Below are positions 62,080 to 64,000 of a stretch of DNA of 64,000 nucleotides, piece after piece. Made by a program: the position numbers and the translations under genes. Source of the stretch: Callorhinchus milii (taxonomy: Eukaryota); assembly GCF_018977255.1 (NCBI RefSeq), contig NW_024704743.1, forward strand, positions 1,178,001-1,242,000, given 5' to 3'. The notes under the pieces are model-generated. The model was not told the DNA's origin, made no database searches, and saw nothing but the letters and a program-made list of their open reading frames with translations. The first letter of the stretch is position 1; each line of letters opens with the position of its first letter.

Positions 62080-64000
62080 ATTATAATGAAAGGGTTTAAT
62101 TCTCTCAGGAATTACAGACAGCAAATCCTGAATTACACTATACACTAAGCAATACATAAATGACGAGATATAGACTTGGTAATTGTAGCACCTATGGACA
62201 TATTCTTCCTTTTACCACATGACTACAACATTCTACATTAATGCTATGTACACAAGTTAACTAAGACATTGTGTTTATGTAGTAAAATATAGAATTAACA
62301 TACTTATGACCGATGCACAAATTTTAATTTTTTTTTAAAACCTAATGCTTTTTCTTTTAAAACTATGTGGCCAATCTAAACGTTGGCTTTATTATTATCA
62401 ACTGTAGTATTTTTTTCCTCGCCAACAAGCTGTATAGCCCGACCTGAGCGAGGCAGTGTTACGCAGCCATTTTAAGTCGGTTTCAGCCTTGCTTTCTTTT
62501 TTTTAAAAAAAAATCTCTTCGCAAGACAGTAGGAATAAAACTGCAGTACGAAAGCAGTGTTTTTTTTCTCTCTCCTCCTCCTCACCCCGTGGTAGGTTGA
62601 GGAATGAATATTTACGAGGGATAAGGTGCAAGATTTCAGAGTTATAAACAGCTTACCTAAACAAAGCTTTATGAATCAATTCACCCATGATTTCATTACA
62701 CAACAGAGTAGCACATTCACTGCGAGATAAGGGACGCGAACCAAAGGGGTTAGAGGCTCCAGTTCGTGTTAACCGACAATCCTTCGCACAACTTCCCGTC
62801 ACAATTTTTTTTTCCTTAAAAAAAAAATCTCGTTTTAAAAACCGGTGCGTGAAAGTAGTTGCAGATGAAACCTTTGCTCAGGTGAGCGTCAGGAGGCGAG
62901 CGGACCGCACAACACCAATCCCAAGGTGTGCTACACTCAGCAGCAGGATTTGTCACTTAATAGGTTATAGCAAATGTTTCAAACCCCCCCACCCCCAACC
63001 CCCCACCGGCTGTTGCCTCCAACAATGGTATTCTTAAGGGGTGTGGAGACAGGAGAGCAAAGAGGTAACCTTCAGTCTGTCGCTGAGACATTGGTTGGGC
63101 TGCGTTCAGGGTATTTATTGTGTTGGATTTGGGACACGTCACACGAAAAAGACCACACAGCTGTGGAGATCCACGTAAGAAGTTATTACGTGGAGACAAA
63201 GGTGAGACTGCTCTCACTGCAGCTGAGGTTACGAGGGGAATGTAATAGGAGACTGTTTTATAGAGAGGCTATTTTTGTTGAGTCAGAAAGTACTGTAAAA
63301 AGATTGCATTTTTTTGTACATATGGATCATGAAATCCAAGACCATAAAACGTTTGATTCATACTCGAAGGAAATGTAACACTAAAGGGCATCGGTAAAGA
63401 GGGTAATAGGATGAGAGTAAATAGGTTCAAAGGTAGAGCGAGCACCGGCACTGCCGTGATGCTGAATGGTCTTCAGAACTGCAAACGTTCATCGATTCTT
63501 TGAAAGGCAAAGAAACACTGAAGGACAAGAATTTCGCTCAAGCCCCGTATCAGCCGCACTGGGCTGTACGGTCTCGCTTTGCTTAGTGATGTCCGATCAA
63601 CAGGATAAGTTTGGTCAAAAAAAGATCCAGGGCAAAGATCAGACTCCCTTAACCTCCCAGAAACTAAATTCCCACAAGATGGACGCTCCAATCCACCTGA
63701 CCCTACTCTCGCAGCCAACGACCAGTCAGGTCAGTCCGTCAGCACGAACCGAGCTACTGAACAAAAGGAGGAAAGGTTTTGCATATTTTGTCCTGGGTGG
63801 GTCGCCGGGAGAGGGCAGAGGGAAGAGAGTGAAAATGATTTATATATATGTGGCATTTGTGCAAACGTTCGCCCCCAAACCTCCCTTTCCTCGTAGCTCC
63901 CGCGCATAGCAAACTACAGAATACCAGCAACGCCGGTGGTGGATTCCAATGAAATAGCAGATGCCCCTCAAGCGTGCGATGCTGTGCCCTGGACTACGGA
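62080..64000 (-). other. Probable 3' UTR of a minus-strand gene whose coding part lies outside the window (ZBTB47 expected from synteny)
   Basis: No recognisable SINEs, UTR-like on the minus strand, with minus-strand ATTAAA (62095-62100) and AATAAA (62388-62393). Gene identity is an inference only. Confidence 0.4.

Overview
Vertebrate genomic DNA, most likely a cartilaginous fish (possibly a chimaera); this is inferred from memory of the repeat types (tRNA-Ala-headed SINEs with L2-type tails, Deu-domain SINEs, L2/CR1 fragments). Four spliced protein-coding genes lie on the + strand in the same order as human 3p22: HIGD1A (3 coding exons, 103 aa), CCDC13 (15 coding exons, 734 aa), HHATL (11 coding exons, 501 aa) and KLHL40 (6 exons, 723 aa). 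I traced all coding exons by hand; junctions are GT-AG with consistent phases. Gene identities rest on recalled human protein sequences, not a database search. The last ~2 kb looks like the 3' UTR of a minus-strand gene (ZBTB47 expected from synteny). I found no convincing new multi-gene system. The most notable features are: a ~90-aa AQAQG repeat insertion in the KLHL40 BACK domain; KLHL40 apparently inverted relative to human; a perfect 25-bp hairpin in the HIGD1A 3' UTR; a ~21-bp promoter module shared by HIGD1A and CCDC13 that forms inverted arms around tandem RFX X-boxes; intronic HRE and ARE clusters in HIGD1A; and an unclassified dispersed repeat present as at least 7 fragments.
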